From positions 1,344,001-1,408,000 of the forward strand of contig CBDHHL010000032.1 in assembly GCA_965263355.1 (NCBI GenBank): a DNA stretch of 64,000 nucleotides. Reading direction: 5' to 3'. Shown piece after piece: positions 10,586 to 22,053 of this stretch. Position numbers and translations under genes: made by a program. How positions within the stretch are numbered: the first letter of the stretch is position 1; each line of letters opens with the position of its first letter. Under the pieces are notes generated by a model that saw only the letters and a program-made list of their open reading frames with translations, had not been told where the DNA came from and did not search any database. Source of the stretch: Leptolyngbyaceae cyanobacterium (GTDB lineage Bacteria > Cyanobacteriota > Cyanobacteriia > Phormidesmidales > Phormidesmidaceae).

Positions 10586-13339
10586 CTATTCAGCCTCGCT
10601 ACTAGTGCTTTTTTTACGCTGGGTTGTGGATTTTTTGGCCGCTGCTGTACTGCTTTTCTTAGCAGTACTAGCCTTCTTAGTTGTGGTCTTTTTAGCCGTA
10701 GATTTAGCTGTCGACTTTTTGGCCGTTGTTTTTTTAGCCGTCGACTTTTTGGCCGTTGTTTTTTTACGGGTTGTCTTTTTCTTGGTAGCGGCCTTGGCCG
10801 CAATAATTTCTAAGGCTTCCTCCAGGGTGACATCCTCAACCTGCTTGCCCTCGGGCAATGAAGCATTGACCTTTTCGTACTTGATGTATGGGCCATAGGG
10901 GCCATCATAAATATTGATAGGTTCTTCAGAGTCAGGATGCTTACCCAACTCCCGCAACGGTTTAGCCGCTTTACGCCCCCGACCCCGTTTTGGCTGTGCC
11001 AGTAGCTCTAGCGCCCGCTCCAAAGTAACCGTCAGGACATCATCGTCTCCTTTCAAAGACCGATAATCCTTACCGTCTTTACCTTGGTCATGGACAACGT
11101 AGGGCCCAAACCGTCCTAGACTAGCTTTAATTTTTGCCTCCGTTTCTGGATGTAGCCCTAGCAAACGAGGCAACGATAGCAGCCCCACAGCCATTTCCAA
11201 ATCCACCGATTCGCGGGTCACCCCCTTGGGCAACGATACTTGCTTGGGCTTCGGGTTTTCCTCTGTCTTGTCCCCCAACCGAACATAGGGACCATAGGGA
11301 CCAATTAAGGCATATATAGGTTCGCCAGTTTCAGGATGCAAACCCAATTTTTCAGGGCCCTCGGTCTTTTGTTTGAGTAATACCTGCACCTGAGCATCGT
11401 TCAAATCCGCCGGGCTGACATCCAGCGGAATGGAGGCACGAACAGTTTCGCTTTCACTGTCCTCCTCCTCACTGACGGCCTCAATGTAGGGGCCATATTT
11501 ACCAATGCGCACCTTGGCACTAAGGTCCGATAGGTCAACCGTGCGTGCTTCTGTGGGATCAATCTGACTCTCTCGGGCTTCTACCTGCCCCGCTAATCCC
11601 TCTTCACCGGAGTAAAACCCCTTGAGGTAGGGCAGCCAATCGGCTTCTCCCGTAGAGATTTCGTCCAGGGTCTGCTCCATTCGAGCCGTAAATTTGACAT
11701 CGACCAAATCTGGAAAGTGCTTATCTAGCAGTTCGGTCACAGCAAATGCCGTAAACGTCGGCATTAAACTGTTATTCAGTGGATGCACATAGCCGCGGTC
11801 GATAATAGTCCCAATCACAGATGCATAGGTACTGGGCCGACCAATGCCTTCTTTTTCAAGGGTCTTAACCAACGTCGCTTCTGTGTAACGAGCAGGGGGC
11901 TTAGTTTCATGCCCAATGGCCTCCAGCTCCTTACAGGTAGGGTGATCCCCTTGCTTAAGCGGTGGTAGAGTCACTTCACGATCCTCCAAAGCGGCATTCG
12001 GATCGTCTGAACCTTCCACATAGGCTCGGAAAAAGCCGGGAAAATCAATCCGCTTACCCGTGGCCTTAAAGATCGCATCATCCACTTCAATGCTGACCGT
12101 GATATGGGTTTGGCGTGCATTGGCCATTTGGCAAGCCACCGTACGCTTCCAAATCAAGTCATAGAGGCTGCGCTCACGATCCTTCAAACCAGTTTCCTGG
12201 GGGGTACGAAACGTATTCCCGGCTGGACGAATTGCTTCATGGGCTTCTTGAGCGCCCTTGCTCTTAGTCGCGTACTGGCGAGGTTTAGGACTGAGGTATT
12301 CCTTGCCATACTTTTGCTCTACACAGGCCCGAGCGGCTGTAATCGCCTGTTGTGACAGGTTGACCGAGTCCGTCCGCATGTAGGTGATAAACCCTTTCTC
12401 ATAGAGGGACTGGGCCGTGCGCATGGTGTCACGGGCCGATAGGCGCAGCTTACGATTGGATTCTTGCTGCAGGGTAGAGGTGGTAAACGGGGGAGCAGGT
12501 TTAGGATTCGAAGACCGTTCCTCTAGATTGGACACCGTCCAAACACTGGCTTCTAAGCGCTGCTTTAATGCCTGGGTCTGGGCTTCATCCAACAACACCA
12601 CATTGCGACCAGCGGCAATTTGTCCCGTATTTTCGTCAAAATCACTACCGGTGGCAACACGGGTCCCTCCCAGACTAATCAGCTTGGCCTCAAAAGGACT
12701 GTCACCCTTTTCCAAAGTAGCTTTGAGGTCCCAGTAAGTCCCTTGTTTAAAGGCTCTGCGATCGCGCTCCCGTTCCACTAGCAGTTTTACCGCCACGGAC
12801 TGCACACGCCCCGCTGACAGCCCCCAAGCAATTTTTTTCCAGAGCAGTGGGGACAGGGTATAGCCCACTAATCGATCCAGAATGCGTCGAGTTTCCTGGG
12901 CTCGCACCAGCTGATCATCAATATCGCGACAGCTGTCCAACGCCTCCCGAATAGCCTCTTCAGTGATTTCATGGAACACCATGCGCTTGGTGGGGACTTT
13001 CGGCTTCAGCAACTGGAGTAGATGCCAGCTAATACTTTCACCTTCCCGGTCTTCGTCAGTAGCCAGGACGAGTTCGTCGACTCCCTTCAAGGCATCCTTC
13101 AGCGCCTTGACCACCTTTTTTTTGTCCTTGGGCACCAAATAAAGGGGCTCAAAGTCCGCTTCCACATTAACCCCAAGCTGTGCCCACTTCTCACCCTTGA
13201 CACTGGCCGGAATTTCGCTGGCCGACTTAGGTAAATCGCGCACATGCCCCATTGAGGCTTCAACACGGTAGTCTTTGGGCAAATAATTGCGGATCGTTTT
13301 TGCCTTTGTGGGTGACTCAACAATGACAAGTGTGGCCAT
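10586..13339 (-). CDS. topA: DNA topoisomerase I with Lys-rich C-terminal tail
   Basis: [38 protein letters not shown]-terminal GRFGPY repeats. Confidence 0.97.
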   Translation of the reverse strand: MATLVIVESPTKAKTIRNYLPKDYRVEASMGHVRDLPKSASEIPASVKGEKWAQLGVNVEADFEPLYLVPKDKKKVVKALKDALKGVDELVLATDEDREGESISWHLLQLLKPKVPTKRMVFHEITEEAIREALDSCRDIDDQLVRAQETRRILDRLVGYTLSPLLWKKIAWGLSAGRVQSVAVKLLVERERDRRAFKQGTYWDLKATLEKGDSPFEAKLISLGGTRVATGSDFDENTGQIAAGRNVVLLDEAQTQALKQRLEASVWTVSNLEERSSNPKPAPPFTTSTLQQESNRKLRLSARDTMRTAQSLYEKGFITYMRTDSVNLSQQAITAARACVEQKYGKEYLSPKPRQYATKSKGAQEAHEAIRPAGNTFRTPQETGLKDRERSLYDLIWKRTVACQMANARQTHITVSIEVDDAIFKATGKRIDFPGFFRAYVEGSDDPNAALEDREVTLPPLKQGDHPTCKELEAIGHETKPPARYTEATLVKTLEKEGIGRPSTYASVIGTIIDRGYVHPLNNSLMPTFTAFAVTELLDKHFPDLVDVKFTARMEQTLDEISTGEADWLPYLKGFYSGEEGLAGQVEARESQIDPTEARTVDLSDLSAKVRIGKYGPYIEAVSEEEDSESETVRASIPLDVSPADLNDAQVQVLLKQKTEGPEKLGLHPETGEPIYALIGPYGPYVRLGDKTEENPKPKQVSLPKGVTRESVDLEMAVGLLSLPRLLGLHPETEAKIKASLGRFGPYVVHDQGKDGKDYRSLKGDDDVLTVTLERALELLAQPKRGRGRKAAKPLRELGKHPDSEEPINIYDGPYGPYIKYEKVNASLPEGKQVEDVTLEEALEIIAAKAATKKKTTRKKTTAKKSTAKKTTAKKSTAKSTAKKTTTKKASTAKKSSTAAAKKSTTQRKKSTSSEAE

Positions 13340-13960
13340 ACAGCTGAACTGAAAATAATATCGAACTACGCTTAACTGAAACTTGGCCAACGCCCTAGAT
13401 CCCAGGACATTAGCCGAAACCGATTCGTCATAACCAAACGACCTAGCCGCTTGATCACTAGAAAGAATGCCCGCAAGGACAAGAATGACGACGGTTTTTT
13501 ATGGCTAACTATACATAACCATTGCATCCAGCTCAGAATTTATCAAAGGGATGGAGAAAGGTTGAGTAGCAAAAGCCGCACCTGTTAATTACAGAGATTT
13601 TTGCAATAGCCGCCCTTATATATCGATAGATCGAAATGGCGAATTTCGTCCACCTCTAATCTAGAAAAGTCCTTGATTTTCTGACTACTAAGCAGGAAAT
13701 ACCTCGGCTTCATCAGAGCAAAATTTGGACTAGAGCTATTCCCACAGACTAAATTCAGAGACTTTTGCCACCATCTATCAAAGAAATCCAGAAAAATTGA
13801 AAAGAAAGAAGATTCCCTAAAAAGACAGCTTTTTAGGGAATTTGTCTAGATTTCTAGTCATAGAATTTCATCTGATTCAGAAATTTTCCCTGGCTAAACC
13901 ACAAGATGAGCGAGAATACTAAGGTAAGATGCCAAATGGAAATACCCAACCACTGCGCCA

Positions 13961-15538
13961 ATGGATGTTACAAGCCTCGCTGCCCAGTTAAATACAGGCA
14001 CGATTCTGCCTGAATTGATTGTCATTGTGACAATTCTAGTGATTTTGGCAGGTGATTTAATTGTCGGACGCACAGCGTCATCACGCTGGGTTCCCTACGC
14101 GGCCATTGGCGGCTGCTTAGCTGCCGTTGCGGCCCTAGCACTGCAATGGGATACGAGTAATCCCATTGCATTTTTTGGTGAATTTAACAGCGATGACCTC
14201 AGCATCGTCTTTCGCGGCATTATCGTGCTGTCGGCAGCGGTGACCGTGCCCATGTCAATTCGCTATGTGGAACAGTCGGGCACTGCTCTAGCGGAGTTTT
14301 TAGGAATCTTATTAACCGCTACCCTGGGGGGCATGTTCTTGGCGGGGGCCAATGAACTGGTCACCATTTTTGTCTCCCTGGAAACACTAAGTATTTCCTC
14401 ATATCTGCTGACCGGTTACATGAAGCGCGATCCCCGCTCTAATGAAGCCGCTCTTAAGTATTTGCTGATTGGAGCAGCTAGTTCAGCCATCTTCTTATAT
14501 GGCATTTCGCTACTGTATGGTCTGTCCGGTGGGGAGACCAGGCTGAGTGCGATCGCAAGTAACCTGGCCACTGATACTAGTGACAGCTCCATTGGTCTTG
14601 TCATCGCCCTAGTGTTTGTCATTGCAGGCATTGCCTTTAAGATTGCCGCTGTTCCCTTCCATCAGTGGACTCCCGATGTCTACGAGGGATCGCCTACGCC
14701 CGTGGTAGCCTTTTTATCCGTTGGTTCCAAAGCGGCTGGTTTTGCCCTGGCTATTCGCCTACTGGTCAGTACATTTCCTTTGGTGGCCGACGAGTGGCGC
14801 TTTGTATTCACCGCCCTGGCCATTCTCAGCATGGTCTTAGGTAACGTAGTCGCCTTAGCCCAAACCAGCATGAAGCGCATGTTGGCCTACTCTTCCATTG
14901 GTCAGGCAGGCTTTATGATGATTGGCTTGGTAATTGGCACTGATGCTGGTTATGCCAGCATGATTTTCTACCTGATGGTATATCTATTCATGAACCTGGG
15001 CGGTTTCACCTGCGTGATTCTTTTCTCTTTGCGCACAGGTACCGACCAAATTAGTGAATACGCTGGACTGTACCAAAAGGATCCGCTATTGACCTTATGT
15101 TTATGCCTCTGTCTGCTGTCCCTTGGTGGAATTCCTCCCCTGGCAGGCTTCTTTGGTAAGCTCTACATTTTCTGGGCGGGTTGGCAAGCTGGAGCATACA
15201 ACCTGGTATTGATTGGCTTAATCACCAGCGTTATTTCCATCTATTACTACATCCGCGTAGTCAAAATGATGGTGGTCAAGGAGCCTCAGGAAATGTCCGA
15301 ATCGATCAAAAACTACCCAGCCCTACGGTGGGATTTGCCAGGTATGCGCCCCCTGCAGGTCAGTCTAGTGATAGCGGTTGTGGCGACATCCTTGGCAGGA
15401 GTGTTATCCAATCCACTCTTTACCCTGGCCAATGATTCCGTCATCAAGACTCCCCTACTGCAAGCTGCCAGCAATGATGTTCCTGCTAATCAGCCTACTG
15501 TCGCAGTCATCCTACCTGAACCAACCACGGGTAATTGA
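13961..15538 (+). CDS. ndhB: NAD(P)H-quinone oxidoreductase subunit 2 (NdhB/NuoN)
   Basis: [45 protein letters not shown]. Confidence 0.97.
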   Translation: MDVTSLAAQLNTGTILPELIVIVTILVILAGDLIVGRTASSRWVPYAAIGGCLAAVAALALQWDTSNPIAFFGEFNSDDLSIVFRGIIVLSAAVTVPMSIRYVEQSGTALAEFLGILLTATLGGMFLAGANELVTIFVSLETLSISSYLLTGYMKRDPRSNEAALKYLLIGAASSAIFLYGISLLYGLSGGETRLSAIASNLATDTSDSSIGLVIALVFVIAGIAFKIAAVPFHQWTPDVYEGSPTPVVAFLSVGSKAAGFALAIRLLVSTFPLVADEWRFVFTALAILSMVLGNVVALAQTSMKRMLAYSSIGQAGFMMIGLVIGTDAGYASMIFYLMVYLFMNLGGFTCVILFSLRTGTDQISEYAGLYQKDPLLTLCLCLCLLSLGGIPPLAGFFGKLYIFWAGWQAGAYNLVLIGLITSVISIYYYIRVVKMMVVKEPQEMSESIKNYPALRWDLPGMRPLQVSLVIAVVATSLAGVLSNPLFTLANDSVIKTPLLQAASNDVPANQPTVAVILPEPTTGN

Positions 15539-15540
15539 AC

Positions 15541-18330
15541 TCAATCCATAACGTTATTGAGCTGATGCATCGGAAACATCACCGAGCTACGAACTCGATT
15601 ATCGTTTAGCTTTTCAAGGATAAATTCTCCTCCTAAGCGCATCATCAGAGAGCGACAAATCGCCAGGTTGAGTCCAGGTGGATGCTCTAATGGCAAGTCT
15701 GCCAAATGATCTTGCCGATAGCCTTGGGCCAGGGCATCGATGATTGCATCATCCATATCTCCATCGTCTGTAATCGATAACTCTATCCATTGCTGTTCTA
15801 GGGGACGACTCCAAATATCCACCCGTCCTTGGGCAGGAGAACGCCGACAAGCTGCTGAAATCAGCTCGTAAAGAATAAACTCAATCTTCTGCATCTCGCC
15901 CTGGAGGGCCAAGTTGCTATCACAATGCACCTGGGTCCAAAGCTGCTTCTTTTGTACCTGGGTTTGAACCCGCTTCATCAATCGATTAAGCAAACCAATT
16001 AGAGGAACCTTACGAGGATCAGATGCCATTGCCCATCGCTCTCGGCTTGTCAACCGAATTAGCTCCTTTTCCATGCTGGCCAAACGGTTTTCGATTGCAT
16101 GGAAATAAGGCTGGTTCCCGACATCAGGCAATTGCTTCAAATTGGTTAGTTGGCGTCGAGACTCTCGCACCTGGCGTCGAATATCATCCATATGATGATG
16201 CTTATACCAGTTCAGTTCCGTCAGCTTATTTTTCTGATCATATAAACGACTCGTCAACAATAAATGACGACGGCACCAGGCTAACTGGTGTACTAACACA
16301 GCCAACATACTCATCTGCTGGTCGGAAAAGCGACGATCCCCTTGATCCGCCAGCACAATGGCACCATTAAGCGTATGCTCAGGGGATGTTCTCAAGGCCA
16401 CCACCAGCAGTTGGGCTTGGGCCGGGCAACGCAGCCATTGACGGGTAACATCAGGCAGGTCTTCAAACTCCAGTTGAATCACACCATCGGTCTGAATGGC
16501 CCAATTAATGACAGCATCGCTCTCTACCAAAATCGGTGGATTGACCTTAGCCGCAAACTGCTGATCTCGAATAACAGTAGATGCCAATCGCGCTTCTTTT
16601 TGACCATTTTCCCAAACGATCATGGCCACCAACGGCAGTCGTAATAGCTGACTAATGTGATGGGTGGCGGCCTTTTCTAGCTGATCCACATCAAACGTAC
16701 GTTGCAGGTTACGTACGCCCCACTGCATCGTGTCGTGCATTTGAGATTGCTGCTGGGCCTGACGCTGTAACGACCACTGATGCAACACCAAACCAATCTG
16801 ACGCCCCACCGATTGCAACAAGTCCTGGTCTGTTTGGTTCCAGCGTCGACTACTGCTATCAGTCACCACCAGCACCCCTTCTGGGGCTTTACCCGGCGAT
16901 AGGTTACAGGCCATTACCGCCTGCATCCCCATCTGTGAAAACTGAGGATGCCATGCCCGTAGCTTCAGATCGTCATCTAAGTTTTCAATACAAACTGGAA
17001 CCGCCTGCCGCGTTAATAGTTGCCAATCAATATCGTGCAACGAGCGCCACAGGCCATGGGTATGCTTGCTCTGGGTACCGTGGTGCTGATACCCCACCTC
17101 AAAGCCACCACATTCTGGATCAGGAATCAGCACCAACAAGCCGTCGATTTCGAGGGCGGCAATCAGCTGTTCTCCACATTGGGCCATGACTGATTGCCAA
17201 TCGCGATCGCCATGAATACTTTGGGCGATTCCCACTGATAGCTGATGATTCGCCTCTAAATTAGCCACCTGTTCCTGCAAAACTGAGGTTGGCATCCCTA
17301 GACTGACCACCTGCGCTGCCGCCGTCAAATATCGTTTTTCTGGTACACTCCACTGCCGAGGTTGGGAAGCTTCCACCACCAAAAAGCCCAGTAAATCCCC
17401 TTGCATCGAAATCGGTGCCACCATTAACGAGGGTTTTTCAAACGCCTGCTTTAGAGATTCAGTCACCGCTTCGGGATGGGAGTCATTGTCTTCCCCAATG
17501 ACAATGACGTCACCACAGGACAATGTCTGATAGACCTCCTGGTAACCGCTGGCGGACAGTTGTGTTATAGCTGGCTGCTGAGTCGTATAAGCATGGCGAT
17601 TGTGGCCACCGTTCGCCACCCGATGCCAGAAAAAGCGCTCCTGGGGTTCAAACCAATACCCACGGGTACGACTAGGCCCAACAAATCGATGGGTAGCATC
17701 GACCACGGCCTGCAGCCTGGGGTCTAACTCTTGAATGGTTTCTAACTTAGTCAAAAGCTGAAAAAATGGCTGAGAAGGCCGTTTTTCTAGTTGCTTCTGA
17801 TAGTCTTGCAAGTATCGATGGAGGATGGTTGCTAGGGTAGTAACTAAGATAGAGAACGTCTTTTTTTGCACACCAGACTTTAAAGACGCCCCACGACGAC
17901 TTGCCGCCAACAACAAAATTCCTAAACATTCATCCTGACGCTGAATCGGAAAAACCAGGGCATCGTGTATGCTCAGCCGCTTAGCAATGGCTTTCCATTC
18001 CCCTGCCCGATAGGACTCTTGTAGGTCATAAACAGCCGCTGGTGCGCCCCGTTCAATTACCTGCTGCAGTGCATCATCAGGCTGAAGCTTTATTTTTTGC
18101 CATAAAAAACTTTTGTCGCCATTCAAAAAGGCGGCTTGAGTCTTCAAACTCTGATCGTCTGCATCGTATAAACCAATCCAACAAAGTTCATGGGGATACA
18201 GCTGCTGCATATAAACAGCCATTTCAGCTAGCTGGTCGTCAACTGTATCCTGTTCCCACACGGTCTTAAGAACTTGGCCCAAATTAGCCAAATGTTGTTC
18301 ACACGTCGCTGGGGGTAAGGGGCTGACCAT
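15541..18330 (-). CDS. Multi-GAF-domain protein with degenerate histidine-kinase-like C-terminus
   Basis: Repeated GAF motifs (LVFPI, LMVAPISMQGDLLGFLVVE...RQWS); HATPase-like ELSITDDG...GLNLAIC..LGGE. Confidence 0.8.
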   Translation of the reverse strand: MVSPLPPATCEQHLANLGQVLKTVWEQDTVDDQLAEMAVYMQQLYPHELCWIGLYDADDQSLKTQAAFLNGDKSFLWQKIKLQPDDALQQVIERGAPAAVYDLQESYRAGEWKAIAKRLSIHDALVFPIQRQDECLGILLLAASRRGASLKSGVQKKTFSILVTTLATILHRYLQDYQKQLEKRPSQPFFQLLTKLETIQELDPRLQAVVDATHRFVGPSRTRGYWFEPQERFFWHRVANGGHNRHAYTTQQPAITQLSASGYQEVYQTLSCGDVIVIGEDNDSHPEAVTESLKQAFEKPSLMVAPISMQGDLLGFLVVEASQPRQWSVPEKRYLTAAAQVVSLGMPTSVLQEQVANLEANHQLSVGIAQSIHGDRDWQSVMAQCGEQLIAALEIDGLLVLIPDPECGGFEVGYQHHGTQSKHTHGLWRSLHDIDWQLLTRQAVPVCIENLDDDLKLRAWHPQFSQMGMQAVMACNLSPGKAPEGVLVVTDSSSRRWNQTDQDLLQSVGRQIGLVLHQWSLQRQAQQQSQMHDTMQWGVRNLQRTFDVDQLEKAATHHISQLLRLPLVAMIVWENGQKEARLASTVIRDQQFAAKVNPPILVESDAVINWAIQTDGVIQLEFEDLPDVTRQWLRCPAQAQLLVVALRTSPEHTLNGAIVLADQGDRRFSDQQMSMLAVLVHQLAWCRRHLLLTSRLYDQKNKLTELNWYKHHHMDDIRRQVRESRRQLTNLKQLPDVGNQPYFHAIENRLASMEKELIRLTSRERWAMASDPRKVPLIGLLNRLMKRVQTQVQKKQLWTQVHCDSNLALQGEMQKIEFILYELISAACRRSPAQGRVDIWSRPLEQQWIELSITDDGDMDDAIIDALAQGYRQDHLADLPLEHPPGLNLAICRSLMMRLGGEFILEKLNDNRVRSSVMFPMHQLNNVMD

Positions 18331-18498
18331 AGAAACTCGGATTTAGTGCTTTTTATCCTAACGACTAAAAGTCAAAAATTAAATACATATGTCTTATATA
18401 GCAACTATTATCTCCAATAGCTGCTAACTCTAAATCAAATGCGCCTAGCTGCTCAAATTCAACGATATAATCCACAGGTTTGTTAAAAGAAGTCATTT

Positions 18499-19665
18499 GT
18501 GTTGCAAGACGTATACAAATTTAGCTTGTTACCCTTGCTATTCCAACGTGCTCAGGCTGATCCAGAAATAGTCCATCAGCATGTTCTAAAGACCCTTGCT
18601 TGGATAGCCCAACCGCCTAAGACTGCGCCCTATTGGAGCCAACCTATGCGCCGCTTTGCCCAAGCCTGGTGTGAACGTAGCTGCCAGATGGTATCACCTC
18701 GTCTCAGGCAGTGGCTATGGCGGCAATCTTTTGCCAATCCTCTGGGTTTGGCCGCTGGCTTTGACAAAGATGGCTTAGCAGCTGCTTGTTGGCCGCTCAT
18801 GGGATTTGGGTTTGCGGAGCTGGGTACGGTTACCTGCCATGGTCAACCAGGTAATGATAAACCCCGCTTGTTTCGTTTACCCCAGGACCAAGCAGCGCTT
18901 AACCGTATGGGGTTTAATAATCAGGGCTCGGCAGCACTGGCTGATCGGTTGAACAACCTGCCTATGATAGCTGAGTACCCCAGGGGAATTAATTTAGGTA
19001 AGTCTAAGGTAACCCCCCTGACAGAAGCAGCGGCTGATTATTTGCAAAGCTTCCAACGGTTAAAAGGCTTGGGTAATTATTTTGTGGTGAATGTATCATC
19101 ACCAAATACACCGGGGTTGCGATCGCTTCAGGCCAAATCCCAACTCGAACCGATTCTCGCCACCCTACAAGCCGCCAATACCGAGCAAAAACCACTGCTG
19201 ATTAAAATCGCCCCAGATCTAGCCTGGGAAGACATCGACGACATTTTAGAACTAGCCCAGCAACATCGTCTGGCAGGCATAATTGCCACCAATACCACCA
19301 TTACCAAAGAGCAGTTGGTCACCAAGCATTTAGACAAAACAGGAAACCTAGTTGTCGATGAAGCTGGCGGTATTAGCGGTGCCCCCGTACGACAACGATC
19401 AACAGACGTGATTCGATACATTTACCAAAAGACCCATGGACAGTTACCCATTATTGGCGTAGGCGGCATCTTCACCGCTGATGACGCCTGGGAAAAAATC
19501 ACCGCAGGCGCATCCCTATTACAGATCTACACCGGTTGGATGTATGAAGGCCCATGGATAGTCAAAAATATTTTGAAGGGTTTGCTCCAAAAGCTCGACG
19601 AACAAGGGTTAAATAATATCCAGGAAGCCATTGGATTAGCCACCGATCCCCCCAACGTAGGGTGA
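18499..19665 (+). CDS. pyrD: Quinone-dependent dihydroorotate dehydrogenase
   Basis: [40 protein letters not shown]. Confidence 0.95.
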   Translation: MLQDVYKFSLLPLLFQRAQADPEIVHQHVLKTLAWIAQPPKTAPYWSQPMRRFAQAWCERSCQMVSPRLRQWLWRQSFANPLGLAAGFDKDGLAAACWPLMGFGFAELGTVTCHGQPGNDKPRLFRLPQDQAALNRMGFNNQGSAALADRLNNLPMIAEYPRGINLGKSKVTPLTEAAADYLQSFQRLKGLGNYFVVNVSSPNTPGLRSLQAKSQLEPILATLQAANTEQKPLLIKIAPDLAWEDIDDILELAQQHRLAGIIATNTTITKEQLVTKHLDKTGNLVVDEAGGISGAPVRQRSTDVIRYIYQKTHGQLPIIGVGGIFTADDAWEKITAGASLLQIYTGWMYEGPWIVKNILKGLLQKLDEQGLNNIQEAIGLATDPPNVG

Positions 19666-19881
19666 GTTGAGACACTAAACCCAACAATGCCAATACCCCA
19701 ACCCCAAATCCATGGGTCAAAATTTCCCATGGGTCATATGCTTAGCTACCGATCCCCCCAACGTAGGTTGGGTTGAGGCACTAAACCCAACAATGCCAAT
19801 ATCTATCCCTCAGATTTGTTGGGTTTCACAAGATTTCTATCCCTTAAATTTGCTAGGTTTCATGAGTTCAACCCAACCTAC
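19636..19881. repeat. REP/REPIN-like cluster with a ~60-bp direct duplication
   Basis: 19636-19695 is near-identical to 19742-19801 (GTAGGTTGGGTTGAG..AAACCCAACA); an inverted copy ends ...TTCAACCCAACCTAC at 19881. Confidence 0.75.
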
Positions 19882-20702
19882 AGGATTTTATCCAATCCGT
19901 ATAACAACGACTTCAAGGGCAATACCTTGCGAATACTCAACAACACACCGGGCATAAAACAGACCCGGTCCATGGCATCATGGCGCAGGGTGTACACCTG
20001 ACCAGGAGCCCCAAACATGATTTCCTGATGGGCCACCAACCCCGGCAACCGTACACTGTGAATATTAATCCCCTCCTCGGTAGTGCCACCCCGTGAGCCC
20101 TTCAGGGTTTCCGTTTCTTCCACCTGGGGAGGATTAAACGACTGCTTTACCTCCTGCAACATTTGCGCAGTTTTAACCGCCGTGCCACTGGGCGCATCTG
20201 CTTTACGATTGTGGTGCAGCTCAATAATTTCCACATGGTCAAAATATTCAGCCGCCCTGAGCGCCGCCTGCTGCATCAAAATCACCCCAATAGCAAAGTT
20301 AGGAATAATCAAACAGCCAATACTCGCCTTCTCAGCAAACTCCGCCAACTCAATAATTTGCTCAGCCGTTAACCCCGTTGTCCCCACGACAGGACGAACA
20401 CCGTAGGCAATCGCCGCCCGTACCTGCTCATAAATTTTGGCCGGGTGAGTCACATCCACCATCACGGCATTGCCCTCACTCTGAGCCATCACCAACGTAG
20501 CTTCCAAGTCATTCGTGACCGGCACTTCCAAAGGGCCACAGCCTGCCAACTCACCGATATCTTGACCAATCGCTTCAGGCTTGCGATCAATGGCACCGAC
20601 TAATTTCATATCGTCAGCCCCAGCAATGGCCTTGACAATTTCACGCCCCATGCGGCCCATAGCACCATTGACCACGACAGGAATTTGGGACTGATCGCTC
20701 AT
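19878..20702 (-). CDS. dapB: 4-hydroxy-tetrahydrodipicolinate reductase
   Basis: [31 protein letters not shown]. Confidence 0.97.
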   Translation of the reverse strand: MSDQSQIPVVVNGAMGRMGREIVKAIAGADDMKLVGAIDRKPEAIGQDIGELAGCGPLEVPVTNDLEATLVMAQSEGNAVMVDVTHPAKIYEQVRAAIAYGVRPVVGTTGLTAEQIIELAEFAEKASIGCLIIPNFAIGVILMQQAALRAAEYFDHVEIIELHHNRKADAPSGTAVKTAQMLQEVKQSFNPPQVEETETLKGSRGGTTEEGINIHSVRLPGLVAHQEIMFGAPGQVYTLRHDAMDRVCFMPGVLLSIRKVLPLKSLLYGLDKIL

Positions 20703-20908
20703 AAGTTTTTTAGGACAGGGTTACAGTCAGATATCTTACAACCGCACTATGTAATTTTGGGGGCTTAGTAATTTTGAGTCCTTAGTTTTGGGTTCAGCGC
20801 TCAGCTAAGTAGGTCAGTTCAATCTACTAAACTTAAAATTCAAAACTCCCGCATAGTAGTTCTTATCGATAATAATAAAACCTGTTCATCACGCTGGAGT
20901 CGAAGCGG

Positions 20909-21748
20909 ATGCTGGCAAATCTGTTGGCGGTGGTAGTTGGGTTAGGAAGTCTAGGATTTTATCTGGCAGCCTTTATTTTGCCAGAAGTGCATCGGCGATC
21001 GGACTTTTTCTGGAGCGGTGTCGGTATGTTTTATGCCGTGGTACTGTGGTACTGTGCTCGGCAAATGAATGGTGCGGTACTGCTGGGGCAAACGGCTTCG
21101 GTTGGTTTATTACTGTGGTTTGGGTACCAAACCCTGCTAATGCGTCGTGAAACCACACCGCCAAACCAGCAAACCCCAATTCGATTTGGCAAGACTGATA
21201 ATAATCGTCTCCATGGCGGTGCAAGCCGTCCCATCGCCAAAGACTATGAATTTGTAGAAGATGGAGTAGAAGATATTATCGCTCAGGAACCGGCCCCTGA
21301 CAGCCCCATCTTGCTCAAGCCAACGGCAGATGATTTTGCCCCCACAATGGTAGTTCCTGCAGCAATGCCTAAGCCTAGCATTGAGGAAGCCCCTCCAGAA
21401 GAATCCCAGCCAACCATAGAAACATCCGCTGACAAAGCTACCCAAAAGAGAGAAAAGCCAAATCCCATCGCAGCTGTTGGCATTTTTGCAGGGTGGCTTA
21501 CGGAAATTGTCACTCCCAAAAAGAAAGCCCCTAAACCGATGATTGAGTTGCCTTCGAGGCCACCGTCTATTCCTAAATCAGATCAGCCCTCTAACAACAA
21601 TAATCCATCAACAATAAAACCAACCAGAGCAGAACAATTTGAGCCCGACTTAACATCAAGCAATGATGAGTCATCATTGCCACTCACACCTCAGCAACAA
21701 GATAACGATGAGGACAGCAACTGGCCTGATGAGGACTTTTGGGACTAA
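20909..21748 (+). CDS. ycf66: Ycf66-family protein
   Basis: PEVHRRSDFFWSGVGMFY...LLGQ; Pro-rich disordered C-terminus. Confidence 0.75.
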   Translation: MLANLLAVVVGLGSLGFYLAAFILPEVHRRSDFFWSGVGMFYAVVLWYCARQMNGAVLLGQTASVGLLLWFGYQTLLMRRETTPPNQQTPIRFGKTDNNRLHGGASRPIAKDYEFVEDGVEDIIAQEPAPDSPILLKPTADDFAPTMVVPAAMPKPSIEEAPPEESQPTIETSADKATQKREKPNPIAAVGIFAGWLTEIVTPKKKAPKPMIELPSRPPSIPKSDQPSNNNNPSTIKPTRAEQFEPDLTSSNDESSLPLTPQQQDNDEDSNWPDEDFWD

Positions 21749-22053
21749 AAATCTCCTCAGAAACTGAAGACAACAACAGGCATGGAATTTGCATAGAAAT
21801 ATAGGAAATTTAAGGAAACAGAATAAAACTCTCTTAGCGCCTTAAATCATGTATCTTCAGAACGCTCAAATTGCGTGAAATCATGTAGATCGACTTAATT
21901 TTTTCCATACTTAGAACAGTCGCAAAGTATGAACAGTTATAGAAAATACGCAAATTTGCGTAATTCTTGTTGGAACCACTTAAAGATAGCTATTCATCGT
22001 GTTTTATGACTTATAGTCTAAATGTTTATAATAGCATTGCTTAACAGGCCCAA

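Noticed and set aside
10561..10898. Overlapping ORFs and a 30-bp duplication at the topA 3' end
   Set aside because: Shadows of the Lys/Ala/Thr-rich topoisomerase tail, an ordinary low-complexity feature.
19636..19881. Repeat-spacer-repeat as a mini-CRISPR
   Set aside because: Only two direct copies, which include pyrD coding sequence, plus an inverted copy; this fits REP duplication.
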